This document shows positions 17,736 to 26,811 of a stretch of DNA of 56,857 nucleotides, one piece after another. The notes under the pieces are model-generated. The model worked only from the letters and a program-made list of their open reading frames with translations. It did no database searches and was not told where the DNA came from. A program made the translations under genes and the position numbers. The first letter of the stretch is position 1; each line of letters starts with the position of its first letter. This stretch comes from Elusimicrobiota bacterium (lineage in GTDB: Bacteria > Elusimicrobiota > Elusimicrobia > Elusimicrobiales > UBA9959): the NCBI GenBank assembly GCA_018829985.1, contig JAHJSU010000333.1:1-56857 (forward strand), in the 5' to 3' direction.

Positions 17736-18512
17736 ATGAACGACAACGGACCCAGGGTCAGGATACGGCTGAAATTCGCGAGGCTTGCTGCTGCCAGGAA
17801 TCTCTCGCATCTCGAGCAGATAAAGGCCCTGAGGAATCTGGTTATCGCTTCCGGGCTCAGATACAGCCCCGTTAAATGCGGCAGAGGCCGGGCGCCCAGA
17901 ATGGCTTTCGGCCCGGCCATCTCCGTGGGATATGAAAGCCGCTGCGAATACGCGGACCTTTACCTGGCCGAGTTTGCCGGGGACGAAGAAGTGAGGCAAA
18001 AGATAAAGGCAGTAAGCTCCGAATGCTATGAACTGATCGCGGCAAAAAGAGTGCCGATATTCTTTCCGTCCATAGAAGCGAGCGTGAACGCGGCGGAGTA
18101 TATTATAAAGGCCGGTTTTCCGGCCGGTTTTTCGCAAAAAGAGGTGGACAGCTTCCTCGCCCGCCCGGACGCGTTTTATGAAAAAGTGAAGCCTTCCGGC
18201 GCAAGGGAGACGATAGACGTGAAACCGCTGGTGCTTTGCGCGCAGTACGACCCGGCGGCCGCGGCTTTGGCGGCGCCCTTTCCCGGGGATTTGCCACAGG
18301 GGACACCGCATGGCGGTTTCCCCTGCGTCCGTGGGCCAGAGGCCTTTGATACGGCGCCTGCGCACGTATTGAAACTGGTGCTGAAATTCGAGCCCAAAAA
18401 AAACGTTAAACCGGAGATCGTGCTGAATATGATCGCCCGGGCTGATATAAACAGGATAGTGAGAAAAGAATTATACTGGTTTGACTCCAAGGGCAGGCTG
18501 GAGGTTTTTTAA
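17736..18512 (+). CDS. Radical-SAM-linked protein (DUF2344 / TIGR03936-like)
   Basis: RVRIRLKFARLAAARNLSHLEQIKALRNLV...FGPAISVGYES pattern, recalled from the DUF2344 family. That family often sits next to RNase E/G genes. Assignment is from memory. Confidence 0.6.
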   Translation: MNDNGPRVRIRLKFARLAAARNLSHLEQIKALRNLVIASGLRYSPVKCGRGRAPRMAFGPAISVGYESRCEYADLYLAEFAGDEEVRQKIKAVSSECYELIAAKRVPIFFPSIEASVNAAEYIIKAGFPAGFSQKEVDSFLARPDAFYEKVKPSGARETIDVKPLVLCAQYDPAAAALAAPFPGDLPQGTPHGGFPCVRGPEAFDTAPAHVLKLVLKFEPKKNVKPEIVLNMIARADINRIVRKELYWFDSKGRLEVF

Positions 18513-18657
18513 GGACTAAAGTAGGTGTTAAGGGTTTTAGGGGCTTAGGGTACAGAAATAATTAAAAAGGCCGTTCCCTTAAACCCTTAACTCCTTAACC
18601 CCTAATACTTAACTTTAATTCCTATAATTTACAAAGTGCAAGGAGAGTTTTAATATC

Positions 18658-20109
18658 ATGAACAATCAGAAAGCGCCGAAAAAAGAGATCTTTGCCAACA
18701 CATCGTTCGAGGAAACAAGGATAGCGATACTGGAAGACGGCCGGCTGGCCGAGCTTTTCTGGGAGCGCAGGAGCAATACCAATATCGTGGGGAATATTTA
18801 TAAATCCGTGGTGGAAAACGTCCTGCCGGGCATCTCAAGCGCTTTTGTCAATATAGGCCTGGACAAGAACGCCTATATCTATATCTCGGACGTTCTGGGC
18901 AGCCAGCACGACCCCATAGAACGGCTGCTCCGCAAGGATGCTGAGATAATAGTTCAGGTGACAAAGGACGCCATAGGCACAAAAGGCATGAAGGTGACCA
19001 TGGACGTGTCGCTGCCGGGCCGCTACCTGGTGCTGACCCCGTTCCAGGAGTTCGTCGGCGTTTCCAAAAACATTGAGAATCCGGAAGAAAGACAAAGGCT
19101 TTCCGAAATAATAAAAAAGATCACGGCGGCAAACGTTCTGGGCAAAAAAGGCTGTATCGTCAGGACCGAGGCCGAAAGCGCCACCGAGGCGGAACTGGAG
19201 CGCGAGCTTAAATACCTGATGCGGCTCTGGGATTCCATCCAGAAGCGTTTTGAAACCGTACGCCCGCCGTATCTTCTGCATAAGGACATGGACCTGGTCC
19301 TGCAGGTGGCGCGGGACATACTTTCGGACGACGTCTCCATCTATATGCTGGACAACAAGGACGATTTCCAGGAAACCTCGGAATTCGTGGCGAAGATAAC
19401 GCCCGATCTCAAGGAGCGGGTGAAATGCTACGACGGTAAGACCCCCGTTTTCAAGGCTTTCAACATAGACAAAAGCATAGAGGAGCTCAGGAAAATAAAA
19501 GTGGAACTGGCCAACGGCGGCAGCATCATTATCCAGGAAGCCGAATCCCTTTGCGCCATAGACGTCAACACGGGCCGTTTTACGGGCTCGCGCTCGCAGG
19601 AGGAAACGGTCACCCAGACCAATATCGAGGCGGCCCAGGAAGTGGCCAGGCAGCTGCGCCTGCGAAACATCGGCGGCATCATAGTCATAGATTTTATAGA
19701 CATGAGAAAAGCCTCCAACCGCCACAAGGTGGTGGACACTCTTGAACGCGCCGTCAAGCGCGACAGGGCCAAGATCAGGATACTGCCGATAACGCGGCTG
19801 GGCCTGGTGGAGATGACCCGGGAGAGGAAGCGCGAGAGCACGTTCAGTCTGCTTACCGAGGAATGTCCGGAATGCCACGGTTCCGGCCGGGTGCTTTCCA
19901 GCGAAAGCATCAGGATAAAGATACAGCGCGAAATACTGAATTTGACGCTCGGGCGCCCGGGCGGCAGCCTGCGGATAGTGGTTCATCCGCTGCTGGCCGA
20001 CGTTCTCAAGAAAAAACAGGACCTGATAGAAAAGAACGTGCACAGAAGCGTGAAGATATTCTCGGATCCCCAGCTGACCTGGGAGGATTACAGGATAATA
20101 CTGGAGTAG
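18658..20109 (+). CDS. rng: Ribonuclease G / E-family endoribonuclease
   Basis: S1 domain (GNIYKSVVENVLPGISSAFVNIGLDKNAYI), DNase-I-like catalytic region (AIDVNTGRF...) and Zn-link CPECHGSG. Confidence 0.9.
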   Translation: MNNQKAPKKEIFANTSFEETRIAILEDGRLAELFWERRSNTNIVGNIYKSVVENVLPGISSAFVNIGLDKNAYIYISDVLGSQHDPIERLLRKDAEIIVQVTKDAIGTKGMKVTMDVSLPGRYLVLTPFQEFVGVSKNIENPEERQRLSEIIKKITAANVLGKKGCIVRTEAESATEAELERELKYLMRLWDSIQKRFETVRPPYLLHKDMDLVLQVARDILSDDVSIYMLDNKDDFQETSEFVAKITPDLKERVKCYDGKTPVFKAFNIDKSIEELRKIKVELANGGSIIIQEAESLCAIDVNTGRFTGSRSQEETVTQTNIEAAQEVARQLRLRNIGGIIVIDFIDMRKASNRHKVVDTLERAVKRDRAKIRILPITRLGLVEMTRERKRESTFSLLTEECPECHGSGRVLSSESIRIKIQREILNLTLGRPGGSLRIVVHPLLADVLKKKQDLIEKNVHRSVKIFSDPQLTWEDYRIILE

Positions 20110-20164
20110 GGATGAGGGATGAAGGATGAGGGATGAAAAGGGGAAGGATGAAAAAGGAGAAGTT

Positions 20165-21784
20165 ATGCCGAATAAACTTTTAAAAAGTACTTTAAACCTG
20201 GTCTTTCTGTTCGCTTTCGCCGCCGCGGCGCATGCCAAAGTGGATGAAGTGACATACATGAAAAACGGGGCCTATGTCGGAAGGATCGGAACATATAGCC
20301 TGAATGGGAACCTTTACATCGACGCCGCCAGGTCCGTCAGGCTTATGGGGGGGAAGATCTACTGGTATCCGGTGAGCGGAAAGCTTATGCTGCAGAACAA
20401 AGGCAACAAGGCAGTGTTCTTTATGAAATTGGACGAGATCGTGATAAACGATTCCAGGGCGTCCATGCCCAATCCCCTTATAGTGCGCGGCGGGAAAGCG
20501 TTCCTTGTCATGGATTTTTTTATTTCCAAACATTTTACCCGCGCCTTCGGTTTTAAGCTGGATTATAATCCTTCGGTAGGCGTGCTTTCGGCCCAGCAGA
20601 AGATCAATATCCGTTCCGTGAATTATTTTTCGTATAAGGATAAGACCAGGGTCGTGATATATCTCGAAGAAGCGCTGGACTATCAGACCTCCCGGAAGGA
20701 GAACAACATTTTCGCCATAACCATACCTAAAGGCATCGTGGAGGATGAAGATAAAATAACTGTCGCCGACGGCGTTATCAAAAGCGTGGATATCTTCCAG
20801 GAAAACAAGATGGCGCGCATCATACTCGCGCCGGATGATAATTTCGGAAAAGTAGCGTCATTCAGGCTCACAGGACCCGACCGCCTGGTATTCGATATCG
20901 GGAAAGCGGTAAAACCCATATCCCAGAGCATAAACAATATGGGCGCGGACGCGGGCACTCCGAGGTCGGGCGAAGCCGTAAAGGTAATAATCCCCCTGGA
21001 TCCCGGTCCGGGCGCGGCAGAAACGGTGGTTTCCACCGAATCTTCCGCCGAAGGATATGAATCCGTCCTCAATATTCCGGATAAGATGATTCTTGATAAA
21101 TCAGGCCATAAAAGGATAGTGATAGACGCGGGGCACGGCGGAAAGGACGGAGGCGGCAAGAAGATTTTCGGGCTCAAGGAAAAGGAGCTGAACCTCCTTC
21201 TCGCCAAAGCGCTCTACAATCTGCTCAAGGACGAAGACATCTTTGACGTGCTTATGACCCGCACCTCCGATGTTTTTATTCCGCTCGCCGAGCGCTCCAG
21301 GATCGCCAATGATTTTAAAGCGGATATCTTTGTTTCCATACATGCCAACGCCTCCCGCGACCGCAGGAAAAAAGGTTTTGAGGTCTATTTTATGTCGGAA
21401 AACGCCTCGGACCCCTGGGCGGCGGAAGTGGCCGACTATGAAAACTCGGTCATAGGCCTTGAGAAGAATGAGACAGCAAACGATCCCGCCGCGCTGCTGC
21501 TGCATAACCTGGCCAGGAACGAATATCTCAATGAAGGCAGCCAGCTGGCCGGCCTTATCTCGCATGAGATGGAAAAAAGCGTTCCTTTCGTCAACAGGGG
21601 CGTTAAACAGGCGGCTTTTTATGTCTTAAGGGGGACTTACGCCCCCGGCATGCTGGTGGAAATGGGTTTCATGACCAATGCCAAAGACCAGAAAAACCTC
21701 AACGATAAAAAAGTCAGGGCTAAAATCGCCAGCGCCATATATAAAGGCATAATGAAATACACGCAGATGAAAAAATGGAAATGA
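20165..21784 (+). CDS. N-acetylmuramoyl-L-alanine amidase (AmiC-like, with N-terminal targeting domains)
   Basis: Signal peptide from ATG 20165 after AAAGGAG. C-terminal Amidase_3 motifs (IVIDAGHGGKDGG, SIHANA, VEMGFMTN). Confidence 0.88.
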   Translation: MPNKLLKSTLNLVFLFAFAAAAHAKVDEVTYMKNGAYVGRIGTYSLNGNLYIDAARSVRLMGGKIYWYPVSGKLMLQNKGNKAVFFMKLDEIVINDSRASMPNPLIVRGGKAFLVMDFFISKHFTRAFGFKLDYNPSVGVLSAQQKINIRSVNYFSYKDKTRVVIYLEEALDYQTSRKENNIFAITIPKGIVEDEDKITVADGVIKSVDIFQENKMARIILAPDDNFGKVASFRLTGPDRLVFDIGKAVKPISQSINNMGADAGTPRSGEAVKVIIPLDPGPGAAETVVSTESSAEGYESVLNIPDKMILDKSGHKRIVIDAGHGGKDGGGKKIFGLKEKELNLLLAKALYNLLKDEDIFDVLMTRTSDVFIPLAERSRIANDFKADIFVSIHANASRDRRKKGFEVYFMSENASDPWAAEVADYENSVIGLEKNETANDPAALLLHNLARNEYLNEGSQLAGLISHEMEKSVPFVNRGVKQAAFYVLRGTYAPGMLVEMGFMTNAKDQKNLNDKKVRAKIASAIYKGIMKYTQMKKWK

Positions 21785-21873
21785 TAACGGCAGCGACTAG
21801 GGGCTAGGGGCTAGGGGCTAGGGGCAAATATACCCTATACGCTATTCCCTAGACGCTATACGCTTATAAATTT

Positions 21874-22674
21874 ATGTCCAACAAGAGCAGTCCGATCGGT
21901 ATTTTTGATTCCGGCCTCGGCGGACTTACGGTGTTTAAGGCCGTCAGGCGTCTTATGCCAGGTGAGGATATTATTTATTTCGGGGACACGGCCCGCGTGC
22001 CGTACGGCACGAAATCAAAAGAGGCGGTGATATCTTTTTCAAAGGAAATAGCGGAATTTCTTTCCGCCCGCGGAGTCAAGCTTCTTGTTATCGCCTGCAA
22101 TACCGCCAGCTCCCTGGCGCTTGAGGAGGTGAGGGCGATAACGCGCGTGCCGGTCATAGGCGTTATAGAACCCGGCGCGCGCTCGGCGCTCGGCGCCACT
22201 TCAAACGGCCGGATACTGGTGACCGGGACCACGGCTACCGTAACAAGCGGCGCCTACCGGAAAGTCATTAAAAAGCTCGAGCCCGGCGCCTTTGTTTTTG
22301 AAAAAGCCTGTCCGCTTTTTGTGCCTCTGGTGGAGGAGGGGTGGTGCGGCAAAAAGGTCACGAAGCTTGTGGCCTCGGAATATCTGGCGCCCTTGAGAAA
22401 AAGGGGTTTTGACACCGTGATACTCGGCTGTACCCATTATCCGCTGATTAAAAAAATTATAATTAAGGCGCTGGGCGGCCGGATAAAAATAGTGGACTCG
22501 GCCCAGGCCACGGCTTTGGAGGTCAGGGCCGATCTTGGGGCGAGAGACCTTCTGAACCCGGCGCGCCGCGGGCGCGAACGCTATATTGCAAGCGACGCCC
22601 CGGATAAATTTAAGGCGCTTGCTTTCCGGCTTTTAAGCATCAAAGTGAAAAATGTGGAAGTAAAAAGGTTTTAA
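21874..22674 (+). CDS. murI: Glutamate racemase
   Basis: IGIFDSGLGGLTV, IACNTAS and GCTHYP motifs. Confidence 0.93.
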   Translation: MSNKSSPIGIFDSGLGGLTVFKAVRRLMPGEDIIYFGDTARVPYGTKSKEAVISFSKEIAEFLSARGVKLLVIACNTASSLALEEVRAITRVPVIGVIEPGARSALGATSNGRILVTGTTATVTSGAYRKVIKKLEPGAFVFEKACPLFVPLVEEGWCGKKVTKLVASEYLAPLRKRGFDTVILGCTHYPLIKKIIIKALGGRIKIVDSAQATALEVRADLGARDLLNPARRGRERYIASDAPDKFKALAFRLLSIKVKNVEVKRF

Positions 22675-22705
22675 CCAAAAAAGCGCGCGGATTTAATAGA
22701 ATAAG

Positions 22706-22985
22706 CAGAGAGTAAGTGGAACGGAAGTCTAAAGTGGAGAGTAAATAAAACAGAAGTCTAAAGTAAAAACGCAAGTCGAGAGTGGAGAGTCTAAAGTCTA
22801 AAGTAAACAACTTAATATTTCTACGTACTTTAGACTCTACACTTTAGACTCTAGACTTTCGACTTTACTACTCAGCCACAAAGTCACAAAGACACGAAGG
22901 AAATCAGACAACAAACCGTTTGATCCATAAACTTTCTTTGTGCCTTGGTGTCTTAGTGGCTGAGTAGTTACCTTTAGACTTAGAT
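22706..22985. repeat. Second copy of the AGTCTAA-word hairpin (murI downstream), with MITE-B nested in its right arm
   Basis: Same words and the shared 26-mer with 1238-1456. Confidence 0.8.
22865..22971. mobile_element. MITE-B copy (~107 bp), nested in a word-hairpin downstream of murI
   Basis: Termini ..ACTACTCAGCCAC / GTGGCTGAGTAGTTAC. Internal 8-mer-word hairpin CCACAAAG-TCACAAAG-ACACGAAG vs CTTTCTTTGTG-CCTTGGTG-TCTTAGTGG. One mismatch to the copy at 56719-56826. Confidence 0.75.
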
Positions 22986-23003
22986 TACGTGGAGAGGATT
23001 ATT

Positions 23004-23582
23004 ATGAAAATAATGATTGTTTTCCCATTTCTACTGGCGCTGGTCCTGAACCTGGGCGCTCAGCAGCCCAAAAGAGGCGATCTGGTCCCTGTCCAGGCGG
23101 CCGAGCCGTCCTCCTTCGCTCCGGCGCTTTTGCCCGGAGCTTCGAAGGGACGTGGTTCTGCGAAGCTATTGTTAAGCGAAGCAGACCCGTCAACCGCCAA
23201 AAGCCGGGTTAAAAACATTAAACAGACGCTCCTGGCGGCGAATGAGGGGAAAAAAACGCCCCAGCCCCGGAAAAAAGAACCGGCCGAAACCGACGCCGAG
23301 CAGGAAGCAGATGAAGGCAGCGTGATGATAGATTCCAAGGCTGACGAAGATTCCGCGGACCAGCCCGAATACGACAGGCCCCCGGCCGAAACCGAAGATG
23401 CGAACCTCCCGGCCGGCATGCCGGCATCCTACGGCCAGCTTAAAGGCGCGTTCGATGACGGCGGACGGAATATTCTGGTCTTTGAAAACGAAGAGGGCGT
23501 TATGGCCTTTGTGCAGGTTTTTGTGGGTAAAAACGCGATCAGCTGGAAACTTATTTCCAGGACACGCAGGAGCGGGGACTAG
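23004..23582 (+). CDS. Hypothetical secreted acidic protein
   Basis: Signal-peptide-like start MKIMIVFPFLLALVLNLGAQQ after GGAGAGG. Low-complexity acidic middle. No family recognised. Confidence 0.5.
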   Translation: MKIMIVFPFLLALVLNLGAQQPKRGDLVPVQAAEPSSFAPALLPGASKGRGSAKLLLSEADPSTAKSRVKNIKQTLLAANEGKKTPQPRKKEPAETDAEQEADEGSVMIDSKADEDSADQPEYDRPPAETEDANLPAGMPASYGQLKGAFDDGGRNILVFENEEGVMAFVQVFVGKNAISWKLISRTRRSGD

Positions 23583-23671
23583 GGGAAGTAGGCAGGGGAT
23601 AGTAGATGGTAGGTAGTAGGTGGTAGGTGGGGCTACTAGATAAATTGCTAGAATAGATTTAGAGGTGGATT

Positions 23672-23860
23672 ATGAAGAGAAAAGATCTTGTGAGATATCT
23701 TGTGCAGAACGGCTGCGTACTTTCAAGGGAGGGGGGAAAATATTCTGTTTTCAGCAACCCCGCCACTAATAAGGAAATCCCGGTGACCAGGCATAACGAG
23801 ATCGCCGGTTTTACCGTAAAAAAGATATGCAAAGAGCTGGGCTTAGAGCCTCCAAGATAA
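23672..23860 (+). CDS. hicA: HicA-family mRNA interferase toxin
   Basis: 62 aa; MKRKDLVRYLVQNGCVLSREGGKYSVF...VTRHNEIAGFTVKKICKELGL is a typical HicA dsRBD-like sequence. Confidence 0.85.
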   Translation: MKRKDLVRYLVQNGCVLSREGGKYSVFSNPATNKEIPVTRHNEIAGFTVKKICKELGLEPPR

Positions 23861-24240
23861 TCTTGTTTTTGGGAGTTCTTTCGCTCTCCGCCGCCTGTTC
23901 CGCTTCCAGGCCGGACATTATCCAGGTAGGCCCGTGGTTCGCGCCCAAATCGCCGGATGAAGTCGCGCTTTTCTCTTCCAGGGGTGAGACCGCAAAACCC
24001 TGGGGCGCCATAGCGATAATACACAGTTCCAAATTCCCGCCGAACGATAAAAGCGCCATAGCGAACAGCAGGAAGCAGGCCAGGATCATGGCCGCCGAGA
24101 TCGGCGCGGACGGCCTTATTTTGATGGAGGAGACCGTTAAGGGCGAAACTCAATTGGGAGTTTACCAGGAACCGGAAGTGTATATAAGCGCTTTGGCTTT
24201 CAAATATGCCGCCGACATCTCCACCGCCCCACAAAAATAA
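23827..24240 (+). CDS. Putative lipoprotein (unknown function)
   Basis: Basic n-region, then lipobox LSLSAAC-S. Overlaps the hicA 3' end by 34 nt. It is not HicB-like. Confidence 0.55.
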   Translation: MQRAGLRASKIILFLGVLSLSAACSASRPDIIQVGPWFAPKSPDEVALFSSRGETAKPWGAIAIIHSSKFPPNDKSAIANSRKQARIMAAEIGADGLILMEETVKGETQLGVYQEPEVYISALAFKYAADISTAPQK

Positions 24241-24383
24241 CGTCAAGGCTAAAGGACAAAGGATAAAGGCTAAGGGACAGAAAAATCTTTTTGTATCTGC
24301 TGTGTTTTTTCCTTCAGTCTTCATCCCTCATCCTTCGTCCTTCCGAAAATTGCCATGGATATTTTTGTCCGTATGTTTTTGCT

Positions 24384-25175
24384 ATGAATAACGATTTCAA
24401 CTGCCTGCCCGCCTCCGCCAAACAATCCGGCGGATCCGCCTCTGGCGGAAAATTATTAAATAAACTGAAGATATGTAACACTTGGCAGGCGGGCAATTTT
24501 CGGGTTAGGGTCGCCTATGAGCCCGGAGAGGGCCGCTTGTGGAAAGGGCGGGGCATCGTCACGGACCTTTTCAGATTTTCCAATACCGTCTGCGCGCTTT
24601 TAAAAAGCGGCAGAAAAGATATCCGGATCTACTCCGGTCCGGACCACGCCGCCGCGGTCAAAGCTTTGGAAAAAGGCTCGGACCTTTTTTCCGAGATAGA
24701 TTTCCCTCCAGAAGTGGATAAATACGATAACTCTCCGTATACGGCCCTTTACGGCTCCGACGCGTCCCGGCCGGCGCTTATAGTCACCAATTCCGGCTCC
24801 CCGGCCGTAATGGCGCTTGGACGCGCCCCCGAGGTCCTTATAGGGTGCTTCGCGAATATGCCGTATCTCGCCGAATACTGCCGCAAATTCCCCATGGACA
24901 CGCTGATAGTGCCGGCCTGCCTGTATTACGACAGGACGCATGTCGAGGATTTCATCTGCGCCCGCGCTTTGGCCGAGGCCATAGAGGGCCGGGATTCCTT
25001 TGAGGCCGCCGTCGAGGAGATACACAACAGTTCCAGGGTGCTGGATTTTATGGCGTACCGGCCCGAGACCGGCAAAAGGGACATGGAGCTCATCCTGAAA
25101 AAGGGCAACATGCCGGTGGTGCCGAAGGTGAGATTATTGGGCGTGCACGGAAAAATAGCGGATGCGCGCGCGTAA
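24384..25175 (+). CDS. ComB-like 2-phosphosulfolactate phosphatase family protein
   Basis: Blocks IVTDLFRFSNTV, DNSPY, LIVTNSGS and HVEDFICA resemble the ComB family (from memory). Start uncertain. The first ~25 codons are REP-repeat derived. Confidence 0.55.
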   Translation: MNNDFNCLPASAKQSGGSASGGKLLNKLKICNTWQAGNFRVRVAYEPGEGRLWKGRGIVTDLFRFSNTVCALLKSGRKDIRIYSGPDHAAAVKALEKGSDLFSEIDFPPEVDKYDNSPYTALYGSDASRPALIVTNSGSPAVMALGRAPEVLIGCFANMPYLAEYCRKFPMDTLIVPACLYYDRTHVEDFICARALAEAIEGRDSFEAAVEEIHNSSRVLDFMAYRPETGKRDMELILKKGNMPVVPKVRLLGVHGKIADARA

Positions 25176-25256
25176 AACAATAACCAGCGCCCAGTAACCA
25201 GTAACGAAAGGAGTTACTTGTTTTTACCGGTTACTGGTGACCATCAACTGACGCTT

Positions 25257-25949
25257 ATGAAGATTAAAAAAGCGGTGGTCTTATTTTCCGGCGGCCTGGA
25301 TTCTACCACGGCGCTTTGCTGGGCCCTGGAACGGGGGTATGAATGCCGGGCGGTCTCTTTTGATTACGGCCAGCGGCACGCCAGGGAGAACCGGAGCGCG
25401 GCGAAGATCGCGCGCCTGCTGGGGGTGAAGCTTTATGCGATAAAGCTGGAATTCCCCTGGCTGGCCGTAAGCTCGCTGGTAGACGCGCAAAAGCGTCTTC
25501 CGGAATTTAAAACATCCGGGATAGGCGCCGCCGGGGTCCCAGCCACTTATGTGCCGGGCAGGAACCTCGTATTCGCCTCGATAGGAGTGTCGCTGGCCGA
25601 TTCCATAGGCGCGTCGGCCGTCGTCATGGGGCCCAACATTATAGATTATTCCGGCTATCCGGACTGCAGCCCCGCTTTTTACAGGGCGCTTGAAAAAGCG
25701 GTTTGGGCCGGCACAAAGCTTGGCGTACAGGGCAAAAAAACAAAGCTTTTAACGCCGCTTATCCGCATGAGCAAGAAAGGCATCATAAAGCTGGCGGTAA
25801 AACTTAAAGCCCCGCTCAAATATACCTGGTCGTGTTACGCCGGGGGCGCGCGGCCCTGCGGGGTATGCGATTCCTGCAGGCTGCGCGCAAAGGGCTTTAA
25901 AGAAGCGGGAATGAATGACCCGGCGATAACGGCGGGGTATAGGGGTTAG
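25257..25949 (+). CDS. queC: 7-cyano-7-deazaguanine synthase
   Basis: PP-loop VVLFSGGLDS and C-terminal Zn cluster CYAGGARPCGVCDSC. Confidence 0.92.
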   Translation: MKIKKAVVLFSGGLDSTTALCWALERGYECRAVSFDYGQRHARENRSAAKIARLLGVKLYAIKLEFPWLAVSSLVDAQKRLPEFKTSGIGAAGVPATYVPGRNLVFASIGVSLADSIGASAVVMGPNIIDYSGYPDCSPAFYRALEKAVWAGTKLGVQGKKTKLLTPLIRMSKKGIIKLAVKLKAPLKYTWSCYAGGARPCGVCDSCRLRAKGFKEAGMNDPAITAGYRG

Positions 25950-25962
25950 GGTAGAGGGTAGA

Positions 25963-26742
25963 GTGAAAACATTAAAAGCCAAGATAACGGAAATTTTTAC
26001 TTCCATACAGGGCGAGGGGCTTTACGCGGGCCAGAAGCAGGTCTTCGTGCGCTTCGCGGGCTGCGAGCTGGGCTGTTCTTACTGCGACGAACCGGCCGCT
26101 TTGGTAAAAAGGAGCACAGCCCCTTTTTACCGTCACCAGTCACCAGTTACCAGTCACCAGCAATACAAAGAGTCAGGAGATAACGGTTCTGATTATAGGG
26201 AGATGTCCGCCGCGGCCGCGACAGAGGAAGTGATCAAACTTGCCCGGAAAAACCGGGCCAAAGCGGTTTCCCTTACGGGGGGGGAGCCGCTTCTGAACTG
26301 GGAATTTATAAAAGTGATGGCTCCGGCCCTCAAGGATGCCGGGCTGGCCGTACATTTTGAAACCAACGGCATACTTTACCGGGAATTGGACAAAGTGAAA
26401 GATCTGGCGGATGTTATCGCCATGGATATAAAACCGCCGTCTTCCACGGGGGGAAAGGCTTTCTGGCGCGAGCACTCCATGTTTATTAAAGCCGCGCCGA
26501 AAAAAACTTTTGTGAAAGTTGTGGTCACCTCCGGAACGTCCGTCGTCGACTTCGGAAAAGCGGTGAACGTGGCAGCCAGGGCCTGTAAGGCCGTGCCTTT
26601 TTTTATTCAGCCGGCGGCCCCGAAAGGCGGAGTACGCCCCCCTTCGCGGGAGAAACTGGACGTTTTCTACAAGCTGGCGGCGGCGCGGCTTGAAGACGTC
26701 AGGATCCTGCCGCAGCTGCATAAGCTGTGGGGAGTAAAATAA
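25963..26742 (+). CDS. queE: 7-carboxy-7-deazaguanine synthase (radical SAM)
   Basis: EIFTSIQGEGLYAG, CELGCSYCDEP cluster and LTGGEPLL. GTG start. Contains a heptamer-word insertion at 26134-26161. Confidence 0.88.
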   Translation: MKTLKAKITEIFTSIQGEGLYAGQKQVFVRFAGCELGCSYCDEPAALVKRSTAPFYRHQSPVTSHQQYKESGDNGSDYREMSAAAATEEVIKLARKNRAKAVSLTGGEPLLNWEFIKVMAPALKDAGLAVHFETNGILYRELDKVKDLADVIAMDIKPPSSTGGKAFWREHSMFIKAAPKKTFVKVVVTSGTSVVDFGKAVNVAARACKAVPFFIQPAAPKGGVRPPSREKLDVFYKLAAARLEDVRILPQLHKLWGVK

Positions 26743-26811
26743 GGGTAGAGGGTAAAGTTTTTACCCTAAACCCTATCCCCTACACCCTATACCCTAACTT
26801 ATGGAGAACTT

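Noticed and set aside
18835-20259. 474-aa ORF on the minus strand
   Set aside because: It is entirely antisense to the well-supported RNase G gene. It has no recognisable motifs and is Arg/Ala/Gly-rich, as expected for an antisense frame of a GC-biased gene. The same reasoning applies to 5212-6084(-) over secY, 17655-18365(-), 29124-29852(-) over ftsH, 42554-43285(-) over hsdR, 46612-47418(-) over hsdM and 52798-53592(-).
21795-21830. CRISPR-like appearance of short tandem repeats, e.g. (CTAGGGG)x4 here, (AGGTCAG)x6 at 16164-16205, and the word arrays in the spacers
   Set aside because: The units are 7-8 nt and directly abut each other with no unique spacers. The arrays are paired as inverted arms. 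No cas genes are present in the window.
25176-25256. Possible preQ1 riboswitch upstream of queC
   Set aside because: The leader is an ACCAGT-word hairpin. I could not find the conserved preQ1-I or preQ1-II core features. An Rfam scan would still be needed to be sure.
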